This document shows, piece by piece, positions 38,886 to 48,201 of a stretch of 64,000 nt of DNA (position 1 is the stretch's first letter; each line of letters starts with the position of its first letter). Source of the stretch: Candidatus Dormiibacterota bacterium (GTDB lineage Bacteria > Chloroflexota > Dormibacteria > Aeolococcales > Aeolococcaceae). A model generated the notes under the pieces. That model was not told the origin of the DNA, searched no databases, and saw only the letters and a program-made list of their open reading frames with translations. Made by a program: the position numbers and the translations under genes. The DNA lies in the NCBI GenBank assembly GCA_035552595.1, contig DASZKZ010000021.1, positions 17,729 through 81,728 of the forward strand, in the 5' to 3' direction.

Positions 38886-39986
38886 ATGAGCGACCTGGAC
38901 CGGACGTTGGAGGGAAATGCCCGAATCAAGGTGGTGGGCGTCGGCGGGGGCGGCAGCAACGCCGTCAACCGCATGATCCAGAGCCGCCTCAAGGGTGTCG
39001 AGTTCATCGCTGTGAACACCGACCACCAGGCGTTGCAGCTGAGCAACGCCCACAAGAAGGTGCGCATCGGCTCCAAGCTGACGCGCGGCCTGGGCGCGGG
39101 CGGCGATCCCCTGCGTGGCGCCGAGGCCGCCGAGGAGACGCGCGAGGAGCTGACCAAGCTGCTCGACGACTGCGACATGGTCTTCGTCACCGCCGGCATG
39201 GGCGGCGGGACCGGCACGGGGGCAGCCCCCGCGATCGCCGAGATCGCCCGCGAGCAGGGGGCGCTCACCATCGGCGTGGTCACCAAGCCCTTCAAGTTCG
39301 AGGGGCTCAAGAGGCAGCGTGCCGCCGACGACGGCATCGCCAACCTCCAGGGGCGCGTCGACACCCTGATCACCATCCCCAACGAGCGGCTCATGCAGGT
39401 GGTCGACAAGCGCACCCCGATCACCGAGGCGTTCAAGCTCGCCGACGACGTCCTGCGCCAGGGCGTGCAGGGCATCAGCGACCTGATCGTGTTCCCCGGG
39501 CTGATCAACCTCGACTTCGCCGACGTCAAGGCGATCATGTCCGGCCAGGGAGCCGCTCTCATGGGCATCGGTTTCGGCAACGGGGACACCCGCGCCGCCG
39601 ACGCCGCCCGCGACGCGGTGGCGAGCCCGCTGCTCGAGACCACCATCGCCGGGGCCAAGGGCATCCTCCTCAACGTCACGGGCGGCCCCGACCTCACGCT
39701 CTACGAGGTCAACGAAGCTGCCCAGCTGGTCAGCGAGTCCGCCGATCCCGACGCCCAGATCATCTTCGGCACGGTCATCGACGAGCAGATGAAGGGTGAG
39801 GTGAAGATCACCGTGATCGCCACCGGGTTCACCGGCCACATCGACGTCCTCGGGACTCTCGCGTACGAGCCGGCGGCTCGCTCGGTGGTCACGCCCGCGC
39901 CGGCGTTCACCATCGGGGGCCGCTCGGCAACGCCGCCCAACGCGGATGATCTCGACATCCCGGCGTTCCTGCGGGATCGCCGTTAG
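38886..39986 (+). CDS. ftsZ: cell division protein FtsZ
   Basis: ATG ([26 protein letters not shown]) preceded by GAGGAG. Tubulin signature [10 protein letters not shown]. The track ORF starts earlier at 38724, and ATG 38757 is an alternative start. Confidence 0.9.
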   Translation: MSDLDRTLEGNARIKVVGVGGGGSNAVNRMIQSRLKGVEFIAVNTDHQALQLSNAHKKVRIGSKLTRGLGAGGDPLRGAEAAEETREELTKLLDDCDMVFVTAGMGGGTGTGAAPAIAEIAREQGALTIGVVTKPFKFEGLKRQRAADDGIANLQGRVDTLITIPNERLMQVVDKRTPITEAFKLADDVLRQGVQGISDLIVFPGLINLDFADVKAIMSGQGAALMGIGFGNGDTRAADAARDAVASPLLETTIAGAKGILLNVTGGPDLTLYEVNEAAQLVSESADPDAQIIFGTVIDEQMKGEVKITVIATGFTGHIDVLGTLAYEPAARSVVTPAPAFTIGGRSATPPNADDLDIPAFLRDRR

Positions 39987-40005
39987 CGACCGCCTCCCCA
40001 GCCCA

Positions 40006-40032
40006 GCGACCCCCCGCCACGCGGGGGGTCGC
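40006..40032 (+). terminator. 12-bp perfect GC hairpin after ftsZ (no U-tract)
   Basis: GCGACCCCCCGC-CAC-GCGGGGGGTCGC lies 20 nt after the ftsZ stop and 12 nt before the nrdR ATG. It is followed by CTGTCTCTGCC. Confidence 0.35.
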
Positions 40033-40043
40033 CTGTCTCTGCC

Positions 40044-40583
40044 ATGAAGTGCCCATACTGTTCGCAGCCCGAGTCCAAGGTCGTCGATTCGCGCGACTCC
40101 GAGACCGGTGAGGCGATTCGCCGGCGCCGGGAATGTCTCGAGTGTCACAAGCGCTTCACCACCTACGAGCGCGTCGAGGCGGTGCCGCTGTGGGTGGTCA
40201 AGAAGGACGGCCGGCGTGAGGAGTTCAACCATCGCAAGCTGCTCGGCGGTTTGATCAACGCCTCCACCAAGCGAGACATCGCCTCCAGCCAGCTGGAGGT
40301 GATCGTCGACGACGTCGAGAATGCGCTGCGCTCCCGCAACGTCACCGAGGTGCGCAGCCGCGAGGTGGGGGAGATGGTCATGGAGCACCTCCGCAACCTC
40401 GACGAGATCGCCTACGTGCGCTTCGCCTCTGTCTACCGCTCCTTCCGTGACGTCGAGCAGATGAGGGCCACCATCGAGGACGTGCTCGCCAACCCTCCGG
40501 GGACAAGGCAGCCGGACGCTCCTCGCCGGCGCCGCCGCGGACCCGACGGCGTCCCCGAGCAGACCCTCGACATCGGCAAGTGA
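40044..40583 (+). CDS. nrdR: transcriptional repressor NrdR
   Basis: MKCPYCS...ECLECHKRFTTYERVE zinc ribbon plus an ATP-cone. Confidence 0.9.
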   Translation: MKCPYCSQPESKVVDSRDSETGEAIRRRRECLECHKRFTTYERVEAVPLWVVKKDGRREEFNHRKLLGGLINASTKRDIASSQLEVIVDDVENALRSRNVTEVRSREVGEMVMEHLRNLDEIAYVRFASVYRSFRDVEQMRATIEDVLANPPGTRQPDAPRRRRRGPDGVPEQTLDIGK

Positions 40584-41284
40584 GCGGCGGCGCGGCTGCT
40601 GACCTCCTGGCGGCGCGGCTGGCGTCGATCCGCGAGCGGGTGGGGCGGGCGGCCCAGACGGCTGGGCGAGACCCCGCGTCCATCCGGTTGCTGGCGGTCA
40701 CCAAGGGGCACCCTGCCGGCGCGGTCGCCGCCGCTGTGGCGCTGGGACTGCGCGACATCGGGGAGAGCCGTGTGCAGGAGGCGACCGCCAAGCGGGCCGC
40801 GCTCGACGCACCCGGGGTGAGCTGGCACATGGTCGGCCACCTGCAGCGCAACAAGGCGAGGGCGGCGGCGCAGCTCTTCGACACCGTGCACTCGCTCGAC
40901 AGCGCGACGCTGGCCGCTGAGCTGGCCCGTCATCGCGACCCTGGCGCGCCCCGCCTGCGCGTCTTCATCGAGGTCGAGCTGACCGGCCTGGCCAGCCGGA
41001 CCGGCGTGGAACCGGCCCAGGCGGGCGCTCTGCTCGACTCCGTGCGCGGCCTCGCCGCGCTCGAGCCGGTGGGGCTGATGACGATCGCGCCGCCCGACGC
41101 CCCCGGCGCCGCCGCAGGCTGCTTCTCCCGCCTCCGCGACCTCCGCGAGGCGCTTCACCACAGCCACGGACTGGCGCTGGGCGAGCTCAGCATGGGCATG
41201 AGCAACGACTTCGAGGCCGCCATCGCGGAGGGGTCCACCGTCATCCGCCTGGGTCGCGCCCTCTTCGGCGACGGCCCCGTCTGA
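40580..41284 (+). CDS. yggS: YggS-family pyridoxal-phosphate homeostasis protein
   Basis: LLAVTKGHP, GESRVQEA, WHMVGHLQRNKA, LSMGMSNDFE. Confidence 0.85.
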   Translation: MSGGAAADLLAARLASIRERVGRAAQTAGRDPASIRLLAVTKGHPAGAVAAAVALGLRDIGESRVQEATAKRAALDAPGVSWHMVGHLQRNKARAAAQLFDTVHSLDSATLAAELARHRDPGAPRLRVFIEVELTGLASRTGVEPAQAGALLDSVRGLAALEPVGLMTIAPPDAPGAAAGCFSRLRDLREALHHSHGLALGELSMGMSNDFEAAIAEGSTVIRLGRALFGDGPV

Positions 41285-41357
41285 CTGGTGAGCACGCTGC
41301 CCGCGGCTATCCTGAACGCCCTGATGATCGATCCCTCGCGCCCGGCGGCAGTGGGCG

Positions 41358-41858
41358 GTGGCGACTGTGGCTGAGGCAGCCATGCCGGGCCGCCGCCGCC
41401 AGCTCACCGTCCTCCTCGGCACCGCCGCCGTGGTCTTCCTGCTCGACCATCTCACCAAGTGGTTGGTCACGCGGAACATCGCCCTCGGTGCCCAGGTGCC
41501 CAGCAGCGGCCCGGTGACCTTCCACCACATCGAGAATCGTGGGGCGGCGTTCGGCCTGTTCCCGCAGATGCAGTTCGTCTTCCTCGGGGTCGCCGTGGCG
41601 GTCGCCGCCTACATCCTGGTGGCGGGGCGGCGCTTCGGACCGGGGATCTTCCCGCAGGTCTTGCTGGGGATGATCCTCGGTGGCGCGCTGGCCAACGCCG
41701 TCGACCGCGTGGTGCAGGGCTACGTCGTCGACTTCATCGACCTGCAGCGCTGGCCGGTGTTCAACGTCGCCGACATGGCCATCGTGGTGGGGATCGTCCT
41801 CGGCGTGCTGACGCTGCGCATGGAGCCCGCCGACCGCAGCGGAGACCGGGCCACGTGA
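41358..41858 (+). CDS. lspA: lipoprotein signal peptidase (signal peptidase II)
   Basis: DHLTKW, IENRGAAFG, NAVDRV, FNVADMAIVVG. Confidence 0.85.
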   Translation: MATVAEAAMPGRRRQLTVLLGTAAVVFLLDHLTKWLVTRNIALGAQVPSSGPVTFHHIENRGAAFGLFPQMQFVFLGVAVAVAAYILVAGRRFGPGIFPQVLLGMILGGALANAVDRVVQGYVVDFIDLQRWPVFNVADMAIVVGIVLGVLTLRMEPADRSGDRAT

Positions 41859-42760
41859 GCGAAGGAGCCGGCACCGACTCGACGGCGCTCCGGCTCGACC
41901 TCCGCGTGATGCGCGAGCAGCGGGTGAGCCGCAGCGCCGCGCAGTCGCTGATCGCCGGTGGCCACGTCCGGGTCAACGACCGCCCCGCCAAGTCCGGACA
42001 GCGGGTGGACATCGATGACGAGGTGGTGGTGGTCATCCCCTCGCGCGCTGCAGCACCGCGGGAGAGCGCCGGACCGGAGGTGCCCCTGACGGTGGTCTAC
42101 GAGGACGATGCGCTGGCGGTGATCGACAAGCCCGCCGGCCTCGTGGTGCATCCCGCCCCCGGCCACCCGGCCGGCACGCTCGCCGACGGGCTGCGCCAGC
42201 GCGGTGCCACGTGGTCGCAGCTGGGAGGCGACGAGCGCCCCGGCATCGTGCACCGCCTCGACCGCGACACCAGCGGCCTGCTGGTGGTGGCCAAGACGGA
42301 GGCCGCGCACCGCTCGCTGTCACTGCAGCTGCAGCGGCGCACGCTCGGCCGCGTGTACTGGGCGCTGGCGCACGGCACATTTCGTGAGGCCACCGGGCGC
42401 ATCGAGGCGCCCATCGGGCGCGACCCCGGCCATCGGCAGCGCATGGCCGTCGTCGACGGAGGACGTGCCGCGATCACCGACTTCGCCGTCGCCGAGCGGA
42501 TGCGCCGTCTCACCCGGCTCGAGGTGCGCCTGCGCAGTGGCCGGACCCATCAGATCCGCGTCCACCTGGCCTCGATCGGCCACCCCATCGCGGGGGACGC
42601 CGTGTACGGCCGGCGCGGCGACACGCTCTGTGCACGGCCGGCGCTCCATGCCCAGCGGATCAGCTTCCTGCACCCCGACGACAACCGGGTCTGCGAGTTC
42701 GAGTCTCCGCTGCCGCCCGCCCTGGTGGGGGCCCTCGCCGCTGCCGCCGAGGTGTCCTGA
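41855..42760 (+). CDS. rluD: RluA/RluD-family 23S rRNA pseudouridine synthase
   Basis: The GTG start overlaps the lspA stop (GTGA). S4 domain (RVSRSAAQSLIAGGHVRVN), HRLDRDTSGLLVVAK, GRTHQIRVH. Confidence 0.85.
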   Translation: MSEGAGTDSTALRLDLRVMREQRVSRSAAQSLIAGGHVRVNDRPAKSGQRVDIDDEVVVVIPSRAAAPRESAGPEVPLTVVYEDDALAVIDKPAGLVVHPAPGHPAGTLADGLRQRGATWSQLGGDERPGIVHRLDRDTSGLLVVAKTEAAHRSLSLQLQRRTLGRVYWALAHGTFREATGRIEAPIGRDPGHRQRMAVVDGGRAAITDFAVAERMRRLTRLEVRLRSGRTHQIRVHLASIGHPIAGDAVYGRRGDTLCARPALHAQRISFLHPDDNRVCEFESPLPPALVGALAAAAEVS

Positions 42761-43353
42761 TGGGCCGTGCCCCTCGGGTGACCACCCAGCCGGGACGGCT
42801 GATCGTGCTCTCCGGACCGAGCGGGGTGGGCAAGGACACTGTCCTGCGTGAGCTGCGCCGTCTCGATCCCTCGCTGCGCTACAGCGTCTCGTACACCACC
42901 CGCGAACCCCGGCCAGGGGAGGTCGACGGGGTGGCCTACTCGTTCGTCGATGAGCCCACCTTTCGCGCCATGGCCGAGCGCGGCGAGTTCCTGGAGTGGG
43001 CGGAGGTGCACGGTCACCTCTACGGCACCTCCGAGGAGCGCGTCAAGGCGGCGCTGGACCGCGGCGAGGACATCGTGTTGAAGATCGACGTCCAGGGAGC
43101 GGCGTGGATCCGGCCGCGCGTGGCCGGCGCCATCTTCATCTTCCTGCTGCCGCCGTCGGAGGACGAGCTGCGCCGGCGCCTGGTCAGCCGCGACACCGAG
43201 GACGAGGCCTCTCTCGAGCTTCGCGTCGGCAACGCGGTCGCGGAGCTGGCTCATGGCGCGGCGTACGATCACCGTGTGGTCAACGATGACGTCTCCCGAG
43301 CCGCCCGGGAGATCCTCGAGCTGGTGCGCCGCCGCGCCGGGACGTCGTCGTGA
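42760..43353 (+). CDS. gmk: guanylate kinase
   Basis: LSGPSGVGKDT, SYTTREPRPGEVDGVAY. Confidence 0.9.
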   Translation: MGRAPRVTTQPGRLIVLSGPSGVGKDTVLRELRRLDPSLRYSVSYTTREPRPGEVDGVAYSFVDEPTFRAMAERGEFLEWAEVHGHLYGTSEERVKAALDRGEDIVLKIDVQGAAWIRPRVAGAIFIFLLPPSEDELRRRLVSRDTEDEASLELRVGNAVAELAHGAAYDHRVVNDDVSRAAREILELVRRRAGTSS

Positions 43354-43907
43354 GCGATCGTCGCGGCGAGCGCCATGTGGCGGTTCACGTCTCCGGGAGC
43401 GTCGCCGCCTACAAGGCGTGCGAGGTGATCACGGCGCTGCGCAAGAACGGCTGTGATGTCCACGTGGCCATGACTGCGGGAGCCGGGCGTTTCATCACCG
43501 AGGTGACGCTGCAGAGCCTGAGCGGGCACCCCGTGCTCCACGACGCCTGGGACACACTGGGCGGGCACGGCATGGGGCACATCGAGCTGGGTGCGTGGGC
43601 GCACGTGCACGTCGCCGTGGCCGCGTCCGCCGGCCTGATCGCGCGCCTTGCCCATGGCCTCGCGGACGACGCCGTGACCACCGCGCTGCTGGCCACGCGA
43701 GCTCCCCTGCTGATCGCCCCGGCGATGGAGTCGGCGATGTGGGAGCATCCGGCCACGTCCGCGAACGTGGAGCTGCTGCGCTCGCGTGGGGTCAGGTTCA
43801 TCGGCCCGGTGAGCGGACGCCTGGCCAGTGGGGCCGACGGGGCGGGACGGATGGCCGACGTCGCGGCGGTGGTGGAGGAGACCCTGGCCCGGCTGCTCGC
43901 CGTCTGA
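43350..43907 (+). CDS. coaC: phosphopantothenoylcysteine decarboxylase (flavoprotein, CoaC domain as separate ORF)
   Basis: VSGSVAAYKA, PAMESAMWEHPATSANVELL. Ends with a TGA immediately followed in the same frame by the coaB ATG. Confidence 0.8.
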   Translation: MSDRRGERHVAVHVSGSVAAYKACEVITALRKNGCDVHVAMTAGAGRFITEVTLQSLSGHPVLHDAWDTLGGHGMGHIELGAWAHVHVAVAASAGLIARLAHGLADDAVTTALLATRAPLLIAPAMESAMWEHPATSANVELLRSRGVRFIGPVSGRLASGADGAGRMADVAAVVEETLARLLAV

Positions 43908-44582
43908 ATGGTGGCCGAGGCGCCGTCCCTGACCGGCCGCACGGTGGTGGTCACCGCAGGCGGCACCCGCGAGCCCATCGACGCGGTGCGCTACCTGGGC
44001 AATCGAAGCAGCGGCAGGATGGGCAACGCGATCGCGCTCGCCGCGGCCGAGCGGGGCGCAGATGTCGTCCTGGTCACCACCATGGCGGCGGCGTCGCACC
44101 CTCGGATCCGCACCGTTGCGGTGGAGACGGCGGCGCAGATGCACGACGCCGTGCGTGCCGCGCTGGGCGGGGCTGCCGCGCTCGTGATGGCAGCGGCGGT
44201 GGCCGACTACCGACCCGCCCAGGTGGCGGCGCGCAAGCTCAAGAAACAAGAATCGTTGACCCTCGAGCTCATCCCCACCGTCGACATCCTCAGGTCGCTG
44301 GCCGACGACCCCGCTCGCCGCGGCGTGCTCATGGTCGGCTTCGCCGCGGAGACCGATGACCTCCACGCCAACGCGATGAGCAAGCTCGTGGACAAGCGCC
44401 TCGACCTCATCGTGCTCAACGACGTCGCCCAACCCGCCATCGGCATGAACAGCGAGGACAACGAGGTGACGGTGTTCGACGCCGGCGGCGTGGTGACGCA
44501 CATCTCCCGGCGCGCCAAGGCTGCGGTGGCCACCGCTCTGGTCGACGTGGTGGTGGCGCGGCTGGCCCCGGGGCAGCGGTGA
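43908..44582 (+). CDS. coaB: phosphopantothenate--cysteine ligase (CoaB domain as separate ORF)
   Basis: VVVTAGGTREPIDAVRYLGNRSSGRMG, AAVADYRP, FAAET. Confidence 0.8.
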   Translation: MVAEAPSLTGRTVVVTAGGTREPIDAVRYLGNRSSGRMGNAIALAAAERGADVVLVTTMAAASHPRIRTVAVETAAQMHDAVRAALGGAAALVMAAAVADYRPAQVAARKLKKQESLTLELIPTVDILRSLADDPARRGVLMVGFAAETDDLHANAMSKLVDKRLDLIVLNDVAQPAIGMNSEDNEVTVFDAGGVVTHISRRAKAAVATALVDVVVARLAPGQR

Positions 44583-46603
44583 TCAGCGTGGGCGTCGCCG
44601 TGCACCACGTCGCGGTGGTGCCGGACAGCGGCGCGGTGCTGCCCCAGGATCGCTATACATACTCGGTCCCCGCTGAGCTCGTCCCCCTGGCGGTCCCCGG
44701 GGCGCGCGTCATGGTGCCGTTCGGACGGCGCGAGGTGATCGGCTACGTCATCGCCGAGGACCACGCTCCCGCCGGTGTCGAGGCCCGTCCCATCAGCGCG
44801 GTGCTCGACGAACGTCCCATCCTCGACGCCCCTGCCCTGGAGCTGGCGCGGTGGCTGGCGGCGCGCTACTGCGCGCCACTCGGCGAGGTGATCCGCGCCA
44901 TGCTTCCCAAGGGGGTGAGGACCGCTCGCCCCGGGGGTCGGAAGAGGGGCCCGCGGACCACGTCGGCCGCCGTCGATGCGGCGCGGGGCGCAACCTCCGA
45001 CGTCGCCGAGATTCCCCCCGCGCTCACCGACGCCCAGCGCACCGCCGCGGGGCCGCTGCTGGCGGCGATCGACTCGGCAACCCATCGCCGGGTACTGCTG
45101 CACGGCGTCACCGGCTCCGGCAAGACCGAGGTCTACCTGGTGGCCATCGCCGCCGCCCTGGCCGCGCGGCGCCAGGCCATCGTCATGGTCCCGGAGATCG
45201 CTCTCACACCGCAGACCATTCGTCGCTTCGCGGCACGCTTCCCGGGCCGGATCGCGGTGCTGCACTCCGCGCTCACCGAATCGGAGCGGGCCCAGCAGTG
45301 GCGGCGCATCCGCGACGGCGAGCTCGACGTGGTGGTGGGTTCGCGCAGCGCGGTGTTCGCGCCGCTGCCCCGGCTCGGCGTCATCGTCGTCGACGAGGAG
45401 GACGCCGCCGCCTACAAGCAGGATCGCATCCCCCGCTACCACGCCGTCGACACCGCGCTGGAACGCGGACGCCTCCAGGATGTGCCGGTGGTGCTGGGCA
45501 GTGCCACCCCGCGCGTGGAGACCTTCTATGCCGCGCACACCGGTGGGTTCGAGCTGGTCACGCTGGCCGCGCGGATCAGCGGCCGGCCACTGCCACCGAT
45601 CGAGGTCGTCGATCTTCGCGAGGAGCTGCGCGCCGGCAACCGCAGCCCCATCTCTCTGGAGCTCGACCGTGCGTTGCGCGAGTGTCACGACGGCGACGGC
45701 CAGTCGATCCTCTTCCTCAACCGCCGCGGCACCGCCACGGTGGTGGTGTGCCGCACCTGCGGTGAGGCGCTCAGCTGCGACAGCTGCAGCGTGTCACTGG
45801 TGTACCACGCCCAGCGACGGCGCTGTGACTGCCACTACTGCGGGGCCTCCCGGCCGCTCCCGGAGTATTGCCCCAGCTGCGGATCGTCCGCCATCCGCGG
45901 CCTCGGCATGGGCACCGAGCGGCTCGAGGCCGAGGTGCACGAACGCTTTCCCAGCCTGCGCCTTCTGCGCATGGATCGCGACACCACCGCCACCAGGGAC
46001 GCCTACTTCACCATCTACGACCAATTCGCCAATCACGAGGCGGACTGCCTGATCGGAACCCAGATGGTGGCCAAGGGGTGGGACCTGGGCAACGTGCGCC
46101 TGGTGGGCATCGTCAACGCCGACGTGTCGCTGCACTTCCCCGACTACCGCAGCGGCGAATCGACCTTCTCGTTGCTCACCCAGGTGGCCGGGCGCGCCGG
46201 CCGCGGCGACGAGCCCGCCCGCGTCATCCTGCAGACCTACAGCCCCCAGCACTACGCGGTGCGCCACGCCACCACCCACGACTACCTGTCGTTCGCACGC
46301 GAGGAGATCCGCGTCCGCCGGGCGCTGCGCTTCCCGCCCTACACCCGCATGGTGGTCTGCACGTTCACCCATCGCGAGGACGCCCGCGCCGAGATCGAGG
46401 CGCGGCGGGTGCTCGCGGAGGTGTCTGGTAAGCTCCGCGCCGGGGGCCATCTCGACGTCCTCGGGCCGACCCCCGCCTTTCTCCACCGCCTCCGGGGCGA
46501 GTACCGCTGGCAGATCACGATTCGGGGCGAGGCGATCGAGAGGACCTTTCCGCATCTGCCGCGCGGGCGGGGCTGGAGCATCGACGTCGATCCCGGACAG
46601 TGA
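44579..46603 (+). CDS. priA: primosomal protein N' (replication restart helicase PriA)
   Basis: LLHGVTGSGKTEVY, VVDEEDAAAYKQD, Cys-rich CRTCGEALSCDSCSVSLVYH...CHYCG...CPSCGS. Confidence 0.9.
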   Translation: MISVGVAVHHVAVVPDSGAVLPQDRYTYSVPAELVPLAVPGARVMVPFGRREVIGYVIAEDHAPAGVEARPISAVLDERPILDAPALELARWLAARYCAPLGEVIRAMLPKGVRTARPGGRKRGPRTTSAAVDAARGATSDVAEIPPALTDAQRTAAGPLLAAIDSATHRRVLLHGVTGSGKTEVYLVAIAAALAARRQAIVMVPEIALTPQTIRRFAARFPGRIAVLHSALTESERAQQWRRIRDGELDVVVGSRSAVFAPLPRLGVIVVDEEDAAAYKQDRIPRYHAVDTALERGRLQDVPVVLGSATPRVETFYAAHTGGFELVTLAARISGRPLPPIEVVDLREELRAGNRSPISLELDRALRECHDGDGQSILFLNRRGTATVVVCRTCGEALSCDSCSVSLVYHAQRRRCDCHYCGASRPLPEYCPSCGSSAIRGLGMGTERLEAEVHERFPSLRLLRMDRDTTATRDAYFTIYDQFANHEADCLIGTQMVAKGWDLGNVRLVGIVNADVSLHFPDYRSGESTFSLLTQVAGRAGRGDEPARVILQTYSPQHYAVRHATTHDYLSFAREEIRVRRALRFPPYTRMVVCTFTHREDARAEIEARRVLAEVSGKLRAGGHLDVLGPTPAFLHRLRGEYRWQITIRGEAIERTFPHLPRGRGWSIDVDPGQ

Positions 46604-46611
46604 GGTGACCC

Positions 46612-47127
46612 GTGGCCGTTCTCCCCATCGTCCTGGCCGCTGACGAGGACCCGATTCTCGTCACCAAGGCCATCAGGGTGCCGCGTGTCGACGACACCAT
46701 CCGCAAGCTGATGGACGATATGGTCGAGACCATGATCGGCGCGCACGGCGCCGGGCTCGCCGCTCCTCAGGTGGGCGTTCCCTTGCGCGTCATCGTGCTC
46801 AAGGTCGACAACCAGGTCTACCAGCTCGCCAACCCCGAGATGGTGCGCTGCGAGGGGGAGCAGACCGGCTTGGAGGGCTGCCTCTCCGTTCCGGGGCTGA
46901 TCGGCGAGGTGACCCGCTGCATGCGCGTCGTGGCCAGGGGTGTGAACCGCCATGGCAAGGAGATCCGGGTCAAGGGTGATGGGCTGCTGGCACGAGCCAT
47001 CCAGCACGAGGTCGACCATCTCGACGGCATCCTCTTCACCACCAAGGTGAACGAGGGCACGCTGCAGCGCTGGGACCCGGCCGACGAGGCGCAGGCCGAA
47101 GCGCTCGAGGGCGAGCTCGTCGGCTGA
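46612..47127 (+). CDS. def: peptide deformylase
   Basis: GAGLAAPQVG, EGCLSVPG, QHEVDHLDG. Confidence 0.9.
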   Translation: MAVLPIVLAADEDPILVTKAIRVPRVDDTIRKLMDDMVETMIGAHGAGLAAPQVGVPLRVIVLKVDNQVYQLANPEMVRCEGEQTGLEGCLSVPGLIGEVTRCMRVVARGVNRHGKEIRVKGDGLLARAIQHEVDHLDGILFTTKVNEGTLQRWDPADEAQAEALEGELVG

Positions 47128-47158
47128 GCGCCGCCGGGCTGCGCTGGGATCGCGCCTG

Positions 47159-48076
47159 ATGCGCATCGTCTTCTGCGGCACCGCCGAGTTCGCCGTCCCC
47201 TCCCTGCGCGCGCTGGCCAATGCCCACGAGGTCCTCGCCGTGGTCACCCAGCCGGACCGTCCCGGCTCACGGGGCCGCCCCGCCCCGCGACCGGCCGCCG
47301 CGGCGGCGGACCTGCTCGGGCTGACGGTGCTCCGTCCCGAGCGCATCCGCGCGCCGCAGAGCGTGGCGGCCATCCTCGCGCTCCATCCCGAGGCGCTGGT
47401 TGTGGCCGCCTATGGCCAGATCATCCCGGCCGCGCTGCTCGATGCACCCGCTCACGGTGGGGTCAACGTCCACGGCTCGCTGCTGCCGCGCTGGCGGGGA
47501 GCGGCGCCTGTGGCGGCCGCCATCCTCGCCGGTGACGATCACACCGGGGTGTCGATCATGCGCATGGATGCCGGGCTCGACACCGGGCCCGTGTACGCGG
47601 CGCACGTGGTCGAGATCGCACCCACCGACACCGCCCCGCTGCTGTCCGAGCGGCTCGCCGAGCACGGGGCACGCCTGCTGCTCGAGGTCCTCGAGGCCAT
47701 CGCCGCCGGCACCGCCACGGCCGCGCCGCAGGACGAGACCGGGGCGACATACGCCCCGCGCCTCACGCGCCAGGACGGGGCCATCGAATGGGCGGGCGTC
47801 ACCGCGGTCGAGATGGACCAGCGGGTGCGCGCCCTGCAGCCGTGGCCCGGGGTCACCGCGCTGCTCGCCGGGCAGCGCGTTCGAGTGATCGCCGGCCAGG
47901 CGCGCGCGGCGGATGGGGCCGGCGCCGTCCCCGGTGCGGTGGTGCCGGCGCCCGGGGAGGGCATCGATGTGACAACCGCCGCCGGCGTGTACCGAATCGC
48001 CATCGTTCAGCCTCCCGGCGGCCGGCCCATGGCCGCCGCCGCCTACCTGCGCGGCCGGCGCACCGGGTCGCGCTGA
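47159..48076 (+). CDS. fmt: methionyl-tRNA formyltransferase
   Basis: MRIVFCGTAEFAVPSL, NVHGSLLPRWRGAAPV. Confidence 0.9.
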   Translation: MRIVFCGTAEFAVPSLRALANAHEVLAVVTQPDRPGSRGRPAPRPAAAAADLLGLTVLRPERIRAPQSVAAILALHPEALVVAAYGQIIPAALLDAPAHGGVNVHGSLLPRWRGAAPVAAAILAGDDHTGVSIMRMDAGLDTGPVYAAHVVEIAPTDTAPLLSERLAEHGARLLLEVLEAIAAGTATAAPQDETGATYAPRLTRQDGAIEWAGVTAVEMDQRVRALQPWPGVTALLAGQRVRVIAGQARAADGAGAVPGAVVPAPGEGIDVTTAAGVYRIAIVQPPGGRPMAAAAYLRGRRTGSR

Positions 48077-48201
48077 GCCGCGGTCCGGGTGACGCCCGCC
48101 GGCACCGTGTGCCATGCTCCCCGGGCGCACAGGCACCGGGGTAGAGCACCACCGGCGGCCGCGGCGGCGCGCGGCCACATCGTGGGAGTACGGTCTGGCG
48201 C

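Noticed and set aside
37547-40388. 716-aa and 596-aa minus-strand ORFs opposite ftsA and ftsZ
   Set aside because: Shadow ORFs antisense to unmistakable FtsA and FtsZ coding sequence, with low-complexity translations.
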